Shown: positions 31,030-43,650 of the stretch, piece by piece
How the letters are laid out: every line of letters begins with the position of its first letter
Position numbering within the stretch: position 1 is the stretch's first letter
From: an uncultured Clostridia bacterium
GTDB lineage: Bacteria > Bacillota > Clostridia > TANB77 > CAG-508
Reading direction: 5' to 3'
DNA length: 64,000 bases
Assembly: GCA_947590905.1 (NCBI GenBank)
Contig: CANQCU010000007.1
Coordinates: 1,067 to 65,066, forward strand
Notes under the pieces: model-generated
The model's database searches: none
What the model was told of the DNA's origin: nothing
Seen by the model: only the letters and a program-made list of their open reading frames with translations
Made by a program: the position numbers and the translations under genes

Positions 31030-33242
31030 TTAATTTAATTTTATTCTTTTTAATCTCAACGCATTAAGTATAACTGTTATGCTACTTAATACCATTGCCA
31101 AACTTGCAAGCATTGGGTTTATAGTAATTCCAAAAGGCTTTAAAGCTCCTACTGCTATTGGTATCATAAGTAAGTTATAGAAAAATGCCCAAAATAAGTT
31201 TTGTTTTATATTCTTAATAGTTTTCTTACTTATATTGATTAAATTTATAATACTTACTAAATCATTTCTTGTAAGAATTACTTCTGATGAATCTATTGCA
31301 ATATCTGTTCCTGTATTTACACTTACACCAACATCACTTACAGTTAAAGCTGGGCTATCGTTTATTCCGTCTCCACACATCATTACAAAGTTATTTTCTG
31401 ATTTTAATCTCTTTATTGTTTCTGCTTTTTCTGTTGGCATAACATTTGCAATTACTTTTGTTATTCCTATGTCTTTTGCAATTTTTTCAGCCGTTTTTGC
31501 GTTATCCCCTGTAAGCATTATAGTTTGTATTTTGTTCTTATTTAATTCTGATATTACTTCTTTTGCATTTTCTCTCAGTATGTCATTTACTCCTATTATC
31601 GAAATTATTTCTTTGTCTTTTACTACATAAACAATGCTATTTCCATTGTTTGAAAGATTTTTCTCGTCTTCAATATGATTATTTGATATTTCGAATTTTT
31701 CAAGAATTTTTGAGTTTCCAAGCAAATATTCTGAATCTTCTACTTTTGCTTTTATTCCAAGTCCTGCTATATTCTCAAAGTTTTCTACTTCTGATGTTTT
31801 TATTTTGTTTTCTTCTAAATAATCTGAAAACGCTTTTCCAATTGGATGTGTGGATTTTGACTCAATACTTCCGAACTACTCTTAGAAGTTCTTTTTCTTC
31901 TATATTGCTATAATTAATTACTTTTGAAATTTTCAATTTTCCATAAGTTAATGTTCCAGTCTTGTCAAAAACAATAGTATTAACTTTTTGTGCATTTTCT
32001 AATATTTCACTTTTCTTTACTAATATTCCGATTTTCTGCACATAATCCCTCTGCAACAACTATTGCAAGTGGAGTTGCTAAACCCAAACTACAAGGACAT
32101 GCAACAACTAATACTGTAACAAATGTTGTAAGTGCATTAGAAATTCCTTGACCTAAAATTAAATATAAAGCAAATGCAATTATTGCTATCAAAATAACTG
32201 TTGGTACAAATATTCCTGATACTTTATCTGCTATTTTTGCAATAGGTGCTTTTGTATTACTTGCCTCGACAACTAATCTTACTATTTCTGATATCGTTGA
32301 ATCTCTTCCTATTCTTTCTGCTTCATATTCTATATATCCATCATAATTTATACTTCCAGCTATTACTGTGCTTCCAATTTCTTTTGAAACTGGTTTACTT
32401 TCTCCTGTTATAAACGACTCATCTAAGTGTGCTTTTCCAAGCGTAATTTTGCCATCTACTGCAATTTTTTCTCCTGGTTTTGCAACTACTATATCTCCTT
32501 TTTTTATTTCATCTAGAGTTACTTCTTTTTCTACACCATCCACCTTTATTACTGCTGAAGAAGGTGTTATTTTTACAAGCTTTTGGATTGCTTCTTTCGT
32601 CTTATCTTTGCTTATTCCATCTAAATATCTACCTAATTTTATAAAATAAATTACTATAGCAGATGACTCAAAGTAAAGGTTCATAACCTGATGTATTTCC
32701 CCTGAAAGTACTCTATACATATTATATATGCTAAATATAAAGCTTGCTAAAACTCCTATTCCTACTAAAGTATCCATATTAGGTGTTCTGTGTATTAAGT
32801 TTTTATAACCATTTTTTAAAATGTCAAAACCATAGAATAAAAATGCAATAGTAAATAAAAGCAAGACTATCATATAGTTTGTGCTTTGTGTATGTGGATC
32901 AAGGAAAGGAATTACCGGCAAATTTATCATATGTCCCATTGAGATGTACATAAGTAAAATTGCAAGAATTGTAAATATTATAAATTTTATCTTTTCTTTT
33001 TTGTTCTTTCCTTCCACTTTTATTTCTTTAAATTCTCCTAATGATTTAAATCCTGCTTGCTTTACAAACTCATTTAAATTATCTATATTAATTAATTTTT
33101 CATCATATTCAATACTGGCATTTGCCATGACTAAATTTACACTTGCTTTGCTTATTCCTTTTTGCTTGTTTAGATATTTTTCCAAGCCATTGGAACAAGC
33201 AGAGCAAGTCATTCCGTCAATTGCTAGAATTATTTTTTTCAT
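31030..33242 (-). CDS. copA: Cu(I)-translocating P1B-type ATPase (736 aa after two +1 shifts at 32028 and 31871)
   Basis: GMTCSAC, TGES, CPC, DKTGT, HP, GDGIND, YN and MxxSS motifs all present across the joined frames. Confidence 0.92.
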
Positions 33243-33255
33243 AAATTAAACTCCT

Positions 33256-33471
33256 TTAATCTATTACTTCATAACCTAAATCGTCAATTTTTCTCTTTAA
33301 TTCTTCTAAGTCAATATCTCTTCTTAATCCGATTGTAACTATGTCATGATTGTGATCTGCTTTTACTTCTTCTACACCGTATATTTCTTTTACAGCTTTT
33401 TCTACTCTTTCTTCGCAAGATCTACATTTCATGCCTCTAACTTTAACTACTATTTCCATCATATTTATCAC
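33256..33471 (-). CDS. copZ: Heavy-metal-associated chaperone (CopZ-like)
   Basis: GMKCRSC motif, adjacent to copA. Confidence 0.8.
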   Translation of the reverse strand: MINMMEIVVKVRGMKCRSCEERVEKAVKEIYGVEEVKADHNHDIVTIGLRRDIDLEELKRKIDDLGYEVID

Positions 33472-33481
33472 CTCCTTTAAT

Positions 33482-34237
33482 TTATGACTCTTTTATTATG
33501 TCTTTTATTACTTCTCCTGCAATTATAAGTCCTGCAACAGAAGGAACAAAAGATATACTTCCTGGTACTTGATTTCTAACAGCACATTTCCTCTTTGTAT
33601 CTGGAGGACATATGCAATTAGTTTTACAACTACTTTCTATATTATCATCTATTTTTATCGGTTCTTCTTTTGAATATACAACTTTTAAGTTTTCTATTCC
33701 TCTTGCTCTTAATTCTTTTCTCATTACCTTTGCAAGTGGACATACACTAGTTTTATATATATCTGTTACTTCAAATTTCGTTGGGTCAAGCTTATTTCCT
33801 GTTCCCATACTTGATATTATTGGAATACCTAAATTTTTAGCTCTAACTACTAATTCTATTTTTGCAGTTACTGTATCTACTGTATCAACAATATAGCTAA
33901 CTGCGCTATCTAATATTTCTTTACTATCTGGCATAAAAAATTCTTGAAATACCTCTACTTTTGCATTCGGATTTATATCTAAGATTCTTTCTTTTGCGAC
34001 TTCTACTTTTGGTTTTCCAATTGTTTTTCTAGTTGCAATTATTTGTCTATTTAAGTTTGTTAAACAAATCTTATCATCATCTACTAAAATAAAATTTTCT
34101 ACTCCTGCTCTTACCAATCCTTCTAATACAAAAGAACCCACTCCACCTATTCCAAATATTGCTACTTTTGCATTATTTAATTTTTCTACTCCTGTTTTTC
34201 CAATTAAAAGTTCCGTTCTTGAAAATTGATTTAGCAT
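33482..34237 (-). CDS. tcdA: ThiF-family tRNA threonylcarbamoyladenosine dehydratase
   Basis: GIGGVGS, TNLNRQ, SSMGTGNKLDPT, CPLAKVMRKEL. Confidence 0.85.
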   Translation of the reverse strand: MLNQFSRTELLIGKTGVEKLNNAKVAIFGIGGVGSFVLEGLVRAGVENFILVDDDKICLTNLNRQIIATRKTIGKPKVEVAKERILDINPNAKVEVFQEFFMPDSKEILDSAVSYIVDTVDTVTAKIELVVRAKNLGIPIISSMGTGNKLDPTKFEVTDIYKTSVCPLAKVMRKELRARGIENLKVVYSKEEPIKIDDNIESSCKTNCICPPDTKRKCAVRNQVPGSISFVPSVAGLIIAGEVIKDIIKES

Positions 34238-34283
34238 TTTGATTTCCTTTCTATTTATAGCTAAAATTCATTACATGTTTTTA

Positions 34284-34607
34284 TTATTGCAATTTTTGTA
34301 TTAATTGAGTTACTTCATCTAGTATATCTAAATTTCCCATTTGTATTTCATAAGCTACACAATTTTTTAAATGGCTTTCAAGTATAGTATTTCCCAAAGA
34401 TTGAAGCGATTTACAAACTGCTGAAACTTGAATTAGGACATCATTGCAATATCTATCATCTGATATCATTTGATTTATTCCTCTAACTTGCCCCTCAATT
34501 ATATTTAATCTTTTACTTAAATTCTTTTTTTCCTCTTCTGTCCTATGTGTTTTTTTGCCTTCTGTTATACAACATTTGCCACATTGCTCACAATTCATAT
34601 TATCCAC
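34284..34607 (-). CDS. csoR: CsoR/RcnR family metal-sensing repressor
   Basis: RLNIIEGQVRGI, YCNDVLIQ, HLKNC. Confidence 0.88.
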   Translation of the reverse strand: MDNMNCEQCGKCCITEGKKTHRTEEEKKNLSKRLNIIEGQVRGINQMISDDRYCNDVLIQVSAVCKSLQSLGNTILESHLKNCVAYEIQMGNLDILDEVTQLIQKLQ

Positions 34608-34618
34608 CTCATGAGGAA

Positions 34619-34648
34619 ATTATATACCCTATGGGGGTCTATTGTCAA
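34619..34648 (-). promoter_or_regulatory. sigmaA promoter with CsoR-type operator in the spacer
   Basis: TTGACA...TATAAT enclosing ataccctatgggggtctat (C-tract/G-tract pseudo-palindrome typical of CsoR sites). Confidence 0.65.
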
Positions 34649-34715
34649 TAGTAACTATGTATAATTTTTATCTTTATTATTTTGTAAAATGTTTAATTTA
34701 TTTTGCAATAGATTA

Positions 34716-35834
34716 TTATTTTATCATTCTTAATGCTACATCATCTGCCATGTTAGAAAGATTATACAAGAATAAAATATCGGTTATATTATTTTCATCT
34801 GCATATTCTGATATATCAGCTTTATAATAACGTGGATCTATAAAATGTACTTCTTCGTAATTTTGGCATAAAAACTGTGACATTATGTGTGCATAAGAAT
34901 CCTTTATAACTAATAGTTTTTTGTTATTATCTACTTTTGTTTTTATTACAACTTTTGAATAATTTCCATTTAAGAAATAAGAATACTTATCTTTTCCTTT
35001 TAGATACTCACTATTAAAAATAGAGTTATATGTTTCTCCGTCATAATTTCCTTCTACGTTTTGATTTATATCGTTTTTATATACTTCTATCTTATCTTTT
35101 CTTTGATTTAGCACTTGTGCTTTTGAGTCAAAAGTTCCAAGAAATTCTTTCGAAACTGTTTCTCTATCAAATTCTTCTAGCGGAATTGCTGAAATATTTG
35201 CCTTTTGGCAAAACTCTAAATACACAATATATGCTCCATAGCTAGTCATGTGATGGTCTGTCCTAAAATAAATCTGATTCTCTTGATTTTCTAACTGTAA
35301 AACATCTGTAACATCAACATTTATTGTATCTTCTAATTTTTGATAAAATTTATTTATGATTATTTTTTGGTCATCAACTTCTGCATTATTAGGCAATTTT
35401 TCTCTATTTATATAAATTGAATTTGGAATTAGCATAAAATATATCGGTATTTCTTTATTCTTAGTAAATTCATTTATAGCACTTGCAATTCTATCCAAAT
35501 TTCTATCATTATCTTCAGTAAACTTAAATTCTTCAAATAAATATCCGTCTCTTCCAATATAAACTCCGTTATTTTCTGTTTTTCCAGTTGATAGTTGCAT
35601 AAAAGAATTTAATTTAAGCCAAAAGTTTCTTCCAATAAAGTGATCATTTATATAATTATCCATGCTTTCTATATATCTACCAGAGACCAAATCTTTAAAA
35701 TTAAATTCTGGAATAGTTGCTAAATACCTATTTTCTTGCTGTGAGAAGCTTTCTGACGGGATTATAAAGTTTAATATTATTAATGATGCCCATACTATAA
35801 TAAAGATTATGAAAAATATTTTGCTTTTTTTCAA
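34716..35834 (-). CDS. DHHW-family (AlgJ/SGNH-like) protein
   Basis: ENRYLA, YFRTDHHMT, IKDSYA, IDPRY; downstream of an MBOAT gene. Confidence 0.82.
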   Translation of the reverse strand: MKKSKIFFIIFIIVWASLIILNFIIPSESFSQQENRYLATIPEFNFKDLVSGRYIESMDNYINDHFIGRNFWLKLNSFMQLSTGKTENNGVYIGRDGYLFEEFKFTEDNDRNLDRIASAINEFTKNKEIPIYFMLIPNSIYINREKLPNNAEVDDQKIIINKFYQKLEDTINVDVTDVLQLENQENQIYFRTDHHMTSYGAYIVYLEFCQKANISAIPLEEFDRETVSKEFLGTFDSKAQVLNQRKDKIEVYKNDINQNVEGNYDGETYNSIFNSEYLKGKDKYSYFLNGNYSKVVIKTKVDNNKKLLVIKDSYAHIMSQFLCQNYEEVHFIDPRYYKADISEYADENNITDILFLYNLSNMADDVALRMIK

Positions 35835-35862
35835 GATAAGATACTCCCTTTCTTTTATTATT

Positions 35863-36008
35863 TTAATATGTGTAATGATTTATTTGCAAGATCTTTGCTG
35901 TCGCAATTTCCAATTATATTATGATATGTAAATTGCTCCATTCGCCCTTCGCTACGCTCCGGTTTATCGCTTACGCAGATCTTGCAAATAAATCATTACA
36001 CATATTAA
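35863..36008. repeat. Family A element, copy 2
   Basis: Perfect 32-bp arms 35863-35894 and 35977-36008 around the same core. Confidence 0.85.
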
Positions 36009-36026
36009 TTACACTAATAATAATTA

Positions 36027-37427
36027 TCAAAATCTAAAGTATAAAAATGGATTAAAAGAATCTGTCACTAAACTTGCTGTTGATAAAATAAAAATTGTTA
36101 AATATCCAAAGGTAGTTATGATTTCCCAAGCTTTGCTTTCTTTTTTATCTATTTTTTGTTTTGCAATTTTCCATATAGGAATTGAAGCAAGTATTCCTAT
36201 TAAAATTATTAGTGCATAGTTTTGTAAATAATACAAGCCTTCTGAATTACAAATACAAGAATTTGCAAACATTGCTTTTATATAATCTATTACTTTTTGT
36301 AAATCTTCAAAAGCAAATATTACCCAACTAACTAATATTAAAATAATAGAATATATATGTCCTACTATCTTTGGTAATTTTTCTAATAATTTTAGTAAAA
36401 AGGCTTTTTCTATAATCAATACAATTCCAAAATATAATCCCCAAAGTATAAAGTTCCATGAGGCTCCATGCCATGCTCCTGTAAGTAGCCAGACTATTAA
36501 AATATTTCTTATTTGTTTTACTATTCCTTTTCTATTTCCTCCTAATGGAATATATACATAATCCCTAAACCAACTGCCTAGAGTGATATGCCATCTTCTC
36601 CAAAATTCTGTTATGCTCTTTGATATGTATGGATAATTAAAGTTTTCGTCAAATTTCATACCGAAAATTTCTGCAAGTCCTATTGCCATATCCGAATATC
36701 CACTAAAATCAAAATATATTTGAAGTGCAAATGCCACGATTCCAGTCCATGCAAAAATAGTGCTCATTTCTGTATAGTTTCCTGTTTCAATTACATGCCA
36801 CAATGCTCCTACATTATTTGCAATTAAAACCTTTTTACCTAATCCTATAATAAATCTTTTCATTCCAGATGAGAAGTTGTCTATACTAATCTTTTTATCT
36901 ACTAGCTCTTCATCTACTGTTTCATATCTTACAATTGGTCCTGCTATAATTTGTGGGAATAAGGTCGTATAAGTTAGATAGTTATAAAAACTCTTCTCAC
37001 ACTGTACAGTTCCCCTATATACATCTATTATGTATGATAGTGATTGAAATGTATTAAAAGATACACCGATTGGCAATGGTATGTTTAATAAAGGTATATG
37101 TATACCTAATAAATTATTTATATTACCTATTATAAAATCTGCATATTTAAAGAAAAATAGTATTGCTAAGTTTGTTATTACATTTATTAATAGATAAACT
37201 ATCTTTTTGTTTTTGTCGTTATAATGCTCAGTTATTTTCTTGCCACACAAAAAGTCCATAACTGCTAGTAGTAACATGATGAATATATATCTAATTTCTC
37301 CCCAAGCAAAAAATATTAAACTAGCTAAAATCATAACTGCATTTTTGAACTTTTTTGGCACTATAAAATATATTAGGAGCATAATTGGTAAAAATATGTA
37401 TAAGAATACTACACTACTAAATACCAT
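36027..37427 (-). CDS. MBOAT O-acyltransferase (AlgI/DltB-like)
   Basis: FPQIIAGPIVRY, YFDFSGYSDMA, FWRRWHI, GAWHGASWNF. Confidence 0.93.
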   Translation of the reverse strand: MVFSSVVFLYIFLPIMLLIYFIVPKKFKNAVMILASLIFFAWGEIRYIFIMLLLAVMDFLCGKKITEHYNDKNKKIVYLLINVITNLAILFFFKYADFIIGNINNLLGIHIPLLNIPLPIGVSFNTFQSLSYIIDVYRGTVQCEKSFYNYLTYTTLFPQIIAGPIVRYETVDEELVDKKISIDNFSSGMKRFIIGLGKKVLIANNVGALWHVIETGNYTEMSTIFAWTGIVAFALQIYFDFSGYSDMAIGLAEIFGMKFDENFNYPYISKSITEFWRRWHITLGSWFRDYVYIPLGGNRKGIVKQIRNILIVWLLTGAWHGASWNFILWGLYFGIVLIIEKAFLLKLLEKLPKIVGHIYSIILILVSWVIFAFEDLQKVIDYIKAMFANSCICNSEGLYYLQNYALIILIGILASIPIWKIAKQKIDKKESKAWEIITTFGYLTIFILSTASLVTDSFNPFLYFRF

Positions 37428-37590
37428 TTCTTTTCCTCTCTTTTATTTTTACATAACAGAACATATAGTTGTTACTTTTCGATTTTGATGTTATCTATAC
37501 AAAGTAACTAGCTATTCTTTGCTATCTTTTAATGCAATAAAAAAGCTACTACCTTTTGCTAAATCAGATAGTAGCTTATCTATTGCATTT

Positions 37591-38061
37591 TTATTTATTA
37601 ATTAATGCTTCTATTTCTGATGCATTTTCTGCAATGATTAAATAAACATAGTTTCCAACTGTTCCTGATCTTCTTGCTTTTACTAAATCATATTGTTCTG
37701 GTAAATATGTTGACCAAGTAGTTTCTTGTTTTTGTGCATAGGCGTCTACTTTTTGTTTTACTGTTTCTAATGTATCACTTTTTGCTTTTATAACTAAATA
37801 CATACTTGCTTGGACATTTATCATTGGCATTGATCCAATAACTTCTTCATATTCTTCTGGCTCGATTTCATATAAAGCTGATAATACATCAGAATCAATT
37901 GTTGCTGTTGTCATTTTACTAAAAGGTTCCATTCCTGAAATTGTTGTGTTTAATTCTTCTAAGTTAAGTTCTACCTTATTTGAATTGATAAAAAAGAAAA
38001 CTCCTGCTATTACTGCTAAAATAATAACTACTATGATTGCTATAATTACTTTTTTGTTCAT
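37591..38061 (-). CDS. DUF4358-like exported protein
   Basis: N-terminal TM helix, YLPEQY, GNYVYLII; context with MBOAT/DHHW. Confidence 0.65.
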   Translation of the reverse strand: MNKKVIIAIIVVIILAVIAGVFFFINSNKVELNLEELNTTISGMEPFSKMTTATIDSDVLSALYEIEPEEYEEVIGSMPMINVQASMYLVIKAKSDTLETVKQKVDAYAQKQETTWSTYLPEQYDLVKARRSGTVGNYVYLIIAENASEIEALINK

Positions 38062-38244
38062 ATTTATATCCTCCTCATATTTTATACTTGAAGTTTATCA
38101 TACTTATATATAAAAAGCAAGAAAATATATCATAATATTTCTTGCTTTGTTACTTGATATCATTATAATCGATTACGCATCTTAAAAAATAAATCATTTC
38201 AGCTATTCTTTAATATAAAAGTATTTTTTTAACCTACTTTTTCA

Positions 38245-38661
38245 TTATTCTTCCAATAATCCTGCAAATTTGTCACTAAATTCTTTTTTATATTTTTTCA
38301 AATTGATTGGTTTTAAATTTTTGTCTGTAAAACAATGCTTAGTTTCTGCAAGCATTACAATATTTCCAGTTTCTTTATTTGTTACATCATATTTAACTGT
38401 CATCCTAACTCCTGAATATTCTGTTATATGAGGTTTTATTACTATTGTATCATCAAAAGAAACATGATGTTTGTACTCACAAGATACACCAAGTACAGGG
38501 ATTGTTACCCCATTTTCTTCCAAAAGTGAAAATGGCATTCCTATAGCATCTAACCAATAACATCTAGCTTCTTCTAAAAATCTTATATAATTAGAATGAT
38601 GTACTACTCCCATTTTATCTGTTTCATAATAATTGATTTTTCTTTCATAAGTATAACTCAT
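38245..38661 (-). CDS. Acyl-CoA thioesterase (YbgC/4HBT family)
   Basis: YYETDKMGVVHHSNYIRFLEEAR. Confidence 0.9.
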   Translation of the reverse strand: MSYTYERKINYYETDKMGVVHHSNYIRFLEEARCYWLDAIGMPFSLLEENGVTIPVLGVSCEYKHHVSFDDTIVIKPHITEYSGVRMTVKYDVTNKETGNIVMLAETKHCFTDKNLKPINLKKYKKEFSDKFAGLLEE

Positions 38662-38767
38662 ATATAAGTGCCTCCTCTACTTTTTACACTTTTCTATCTT
38701 ACAATTACATAGTATAATGTTTCATAATTGATTGTTTTATAGTATTGTTTCTTAATCAAAGTTTTTG

Positions 38768-39941
38768 TTATTCTTTTAAAAGATTCTCTGCTAATGTTTC
38801 AAGTGCTTTTTTACTTTCTTCATTTAATCTTGATCTGATTGTTACCATTGGCTCACACACTTTTATATCCTTCATAGTATCTATTATCTCTTTTATACAT
38901 TTTCCTGCTGTTGGTGCCCATGTTCCATTTTCTATAATTCCTACTTTACGATTTTGATAATTTTTGCATTTCAAATGGCGAAGGAATTGATCCATAGGTG
39001 GAAATACTTCAAAATTGTAGCTAGATGAAGCAAAAACAATTTTGTCATATCTAAAGGCATCTTCTATTGCCTCTGCCATATCACATCTTGCTAAGTCAGT
39101 CAAAACTACTTTTTTTGCTCCTTTTGCTTCAAGTATTTTTGCAAATTCTTCTGCAGCATCTCTTGTATTTCCATGTATTGACGCATATGCAATAAATACT
39201 CCATCATCTTCTGGTTTATAACTACTCCATATATCATATTTACTTATATAATGTTCTAAGTTTTCTTTTAATATTGGTCCATGTAATGGGCATATCATTT
39301 TTATATCTAACGTACTAGCTTTTTTTAATAAACTTTGAACTTGTATTCCATATTTTCCGAACAATATTAAAGTAATATCTTCTTGCTTCACAATCCCAAT
39401 CTTCATCAGTATCAAGTGCACCAAATTTTCCAAAACCATCTGCTGAAAATAGTATCTTTTCTGTTTTTTCATAAGTTACCATTACTTCTGGCCAATGTAC
39501 CATTGGTGCCATAAAAAATTGTAATGTATGTTTACCTATGTTTATTTCTTCTCCTTCTTTTACTGTGACTTTTCTTTCCTCCAAATTTGGAATTTCAAAA
39601 AATTGTGGCATAAATGCAAAAGTTTTTTCATTTCCTATAATTTTCATGTCTGGATATTTTTTTGCTAAAAGCTCTATATTGTATGCATGATCAGGCTCTA
39701 AGTGTGATACCACTAAGTAATCTGGTTTCTTACCTTCAAGTGCCTTTTCTAAATTATCTAACCATTCATCAGTTTTTCTTCTATCTATTGTATCCATTAC
39801 TACTGTTTTCTCGTCTTTTATTAAATATGAGTTATATGATATTCCATTTGGAACTACATATTGACTTTCAAACAAATCTATTGTCTTGTCATCTGCCCCT
39901 ATATATATTATATCTTCTGAAATATTTGTATCTTTTACCAT
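38768..39941 (-). CDS. fprA: Flavodiiron protein FprA (390 aa after +1 shift at CGGA 39357)
   Basis: HLEPDH, HWPE, SADGFG, YYFNIV-G-KYG, PLHGP, flavodoxin YASIHGNT. Confidence 0.9.
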
Positions 39942-40118
39942 AATATCTTCCTTTCAAATTTATTTTCTTTGGTAATTATATTTCTTTATGTAAAAAAATG
40001 CAAGTTATTTTAAGTAAAAACAAAAGAACTTAAAGTGTTTTTAGCTTTTAAGTTCTTTTGTTTTGAAATTTTATTCTTCTAATATTATTTCATTTGATGT
40101 TACTTAAATATGAATATT

Positions 40119-42703
40119 CTATATATTATCATTCCTAATTGTTTCTATTATATTCTGCTTATTTATCTTATTTAACGAATATTTCATTATAATTCCAACT
40201 ATTATCATTACAAAAACTATTGTAATTATTATTGCTTTTATTGGAAGCATAAAACCTGAATCATAACTTGTTTCAAACATTTTATATATAAGATATGAAA
40301 GCAAAATTCCTATTGGAATACCTATTAATAATGATTTAGAGCCATAAAATATGCTTTCTAACCTTATCATTTTATTAAACTGCTTTTTTGTCATACCTAT
40401 TGATTTAAGGTTTGCAAATTCTTTGCTTCTTAAATTCATATTTGTTGTAATTGTGTTAAATATGTTCGTTACACCTATTGCTGTAATTACAGAGATAAAT
40501 CCATACAAGAATATTGAAATAACAAGTACCAATGCATTATTGCTTTTTGTAGCTTCATCATAGTTATTATATGAAAATTCTGCTTTATTTTCTTTATTTT
40601 TCATTAACTCATCAAATTCTTTCGCAAGGCTGTCTGCATTTTCTGTGTTTACATATATTCTTGTATTTATTATTTTTGCAGTATTATTACTTGCATTACC
40701 ATCTACCACTTGTGATGTTTTAGGGGCTATAATGTTTTTATTCATGTAGTCGTCACTTACAATTAAAACTCCTCCTGAATAATTATCGTTTTCTATTCCC
40801 ATCGGCTTTTTATCAGTTTTGTAAGCAATTCTTATATTTAAATTCTTTACATTTTCCTCATTTTTACTATCTTTTATACTTCCAGATAATATATCACCTC
40901 TTTTTAAATTATATACATGCCCTTCTTCCTTCTTTTCCTCTCCAAAGAAAATATATTTATCAATTAAAATACCTCCGTTCTTTACATTCCTCATAATTTG
41001 CACCTATTTCGGATACAAACTTTTTATAATATTCATCTCCTATTGACATTATTTTTATTTGTTCTTTGTATTCTTCATCTATCCAGTCTTTGAATACCTT
41101 ATTCGCAAAGTCTGAATAGTATTTTGTATAATCTAATTCCATGTAATCATATCTTTGAATTGAATATTCTCCTATATCTTTAAGCTTTGCAATTTGCGAA
41201 AATGTTTCAGTATCTTCTTTTCCAGAGTGAAATATAACAAAATTATATCCAAGTTCTTGATAATATACATTTGACATTTTAAAACCATAATCTATAAATG
41301 ATGAAATTGCAATAAATGTAACAATACTTACAACTAGTGACACAATAGTAGCTCTATATTTCTTCTTGCTTCTTTTTAAATTTTTATATGCTATTTCTCC
41401 ACCAATATTAAATAGTTTATTGATTATTTTAGGGCATTTAATTTTATTTTTCTTTATTTTTATATCTCCAGAATTTCTTATAAGTTCAATAGGAGTAACT
41501 TTTGAAGCTCTTCTTGCTGATGAAATACAAGATAAATAAATTGTGATAATTGCAATAAACGCCGAAATTAGTATTGCTCCTGCTGATATATTGTATATAA
41601 AACTAAAATCATTTAAATAATCTCTTAATATATAATTTATAACATTTAAAAGAATAATTATAGCAACTATTCCTGAAATTATTCCAATCGGTATTGCAAT
41701 AGCTCCTAATATAAATCCTTCAAAATATACACTTTTCTTTATTTGCTTTTTTGTAGTACCAATACTTGCAAGCATACCATATTGTTTTAGCCTATCTGTT
41801 ATAGATATTGCAAAACCATTTTTTATAACGAATACACTCGAAACTAGTATTATTGCCATTATAACTCCTGCAATAGAGTAAAGAGTCTGCATTGTACTAT
41901 CGCTTAAAGCTGAACCTTCAAAGCGCAACAATTGTAAATTATTTATATATAAGATTTCTCCATTATTAGAAATTTCTTTTGTCTTTTCTTTATAATTTTT
42001 TGAATCTTTATACTTAACTGCAATATTTGCTTTAGCGCTTATATCTTCTAGCTTTGTTATAATTGTATATCCAGGTGCTGAATAGCCTTCTATATTGTAG
42101 TTTGGTCTTTCAATAATTCCAACAATTTTAAAAGTTTTTGTATACATTTTTTCCAAGGTTTCTTCTACTTCTTCGTCTAATGGATTATTTTGGTTTAATT
42201 CTTCACCAGATAAAGTTTTTCTTTTTGATATATCTAATGTTATCTCTTCTCCAACATTAAATCTTACACCACCATTTGTGTATGTATGATATGGTACTAC
42301 AATTTCACTACTATTTTCTGGAAGTCTTCCCTCTTTAAGTTTTATTGCCATATTAGATAAAAAATCATCACTTACTGCAAGTAAACTAAAGTATGGCTTA
42401 TATTCATTGTGACTATCTTTAAAGTAACTATAGCCTAAATTTTCTGCTAAATATGTTTCACTAACGTTTTTATTTTCTTTAATACTTTGTATTTTTTCTT
42501 TTGGTACATCTAAAAACATTACATGAAAGTTTCCTTCTGTTTTCTTACTTTCCTCTATTATTGACTTTTGTGTACTAGTTACAAGACCTGCAACTCCGCA
42601 AATAAGTGCTGTAGCAAGTATTATACCGAATTATTATTACGGCACTTCTCTTTTTATTTAATTTTAAATTCTTTATACTTAAATCATATAAAACATTTTT
42701 CAC
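40119..42703 (-). CDS. FtsX-like ABC transporter permease (860 aa after +1 shifts at 42626 and 40975)
   Basis: GTG at 42703 after AAGGAG; KNLKLNKKRSAVIII-G-IILATALI; two permease repeats (LASIGTTKKQI, LKSIGMTKKQ). Confidence 0.85.
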
Positions 42704-42817
42704 TTGTTCTAATCTCCTTTTCTTTTTAGATTATATCATGAAAATTTTTAAATATAAGGAATTTAATAAAATCTTAATTAAAAAGATAATTAATTATAAA
42801 TTAAAAAAAGATATAAA

Positions 42818-42965
42818 AAACCAGATATAAGAAAATTATTTATAGAATTGCGTAAGCGATCAACCGTAGCGAAGCGAAGGGCGATATGGAGCAATTTACA
42901 TTTGAAAAATTGATTCGTAAATTGCGACTGCAAAATTCTATAAATAATTTTTTTATATCTGGTTT
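42818..42965. repeat. Family A element, copy 3 (opposite orientation)
   Basis: 32-bp arms 42818-42849 and 42934-42965 (1 mismatch); core gcgtaagcgatcaaccgtagcgaagcgaagggcgatatggagcaat...attgcgactgcaa. Confidence 0.85.
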
Positions 42966-43055
42966 ATTTTTCCAATTTTATATATTTTTACTTTTATATA
43001 TTTTTCTTGTCTTCATCTACATACTCTTATATTTTTATTCATTTTATATGTTTTT

Positions 43056-43523
43056 TTAAAATCTATATAGTATTTCTCTAGTTGAGCACCATTTATCAGC
43101 TGCACATACTATTTTTGCTTCTAGTGTTTTAGGAAATTTAGTTATTGTTAGTGGCCACATATGCGTCTCAATTATTTGTTTTTCTTCTTCATTTATATTA
43201 AAATACTTTTGAGCATTTATACTTGCAATTCTAGGATGATCAAATCCGTGCATTCTCTCTCCTCTTTTTATATGGTCGTGCCAATCATATAAGAAGAAGT
43301 CGTGAAACATAGCCCCCACAACTAAAACTTGATAATTTACTTTTAAGCCAAATCTTCTTTCACAAAATCTAGCTATTATATAACTTATGTATGCAACATT
43401 TCTTGAATGTATATACACATTTGTTTTTCCGTGCTGTATATATTTTGCTAACATCTTTTGTAACTTAACATATTTCTTTATTTCTCTAACGTATATTAAA
43501 AAATCTTTTTTATATGTAATCAT
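43056..43523 (-). CDS. HD-domain protein
   Basis: QHGKTNVYIHS, MFHDFFLYDWH, HMWPLT, CAADK. Confidence 0.88.
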   Translation of the reverse strand: MITYKKDFLIYVREIKKYVKLQKMLAKYIQHGKTNVYIHSRNVAYISYIIARFCERRFGLKVNYQVLVVGAMFHDFFLYDWHDHIKRGERMHGFDHPRIASINAQKYFNINEEEKQIIETHMWPLTITKFPKTLEAKIVCAADKWCSTREILYRF

Positions 43524-43550
43524 TTTTTCTCCCTTTTAATTTTTATTGTG

Positions 43551-43650
43551 CTGGCAAATTTCGCAGAAATTTCCAGAGCAAAAAGGTTAAACTACCTTTA
43601 TTCGTGCAGTTTGCAAAGCAAATTTGCACATATGGCAAAGTAGCTTTTTT
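43551..43650 (-). repeat. Structured repeat family B, copy 2, in the 5' UTR of the HD gene
   Basis: Similar to 6392..6480; three hairpins; TTGCAT-17-TATAAT promoter just upstream. Confidence 0.65.

Noticed and set aside
43551-43600. GGCAAA...GAAA...GCAAA resembling a c-di-GMP-I riboswitch
   Set aside because: The required stem around GAAA does not pair, and the motif is on the wrong strand for the adjacent gene.
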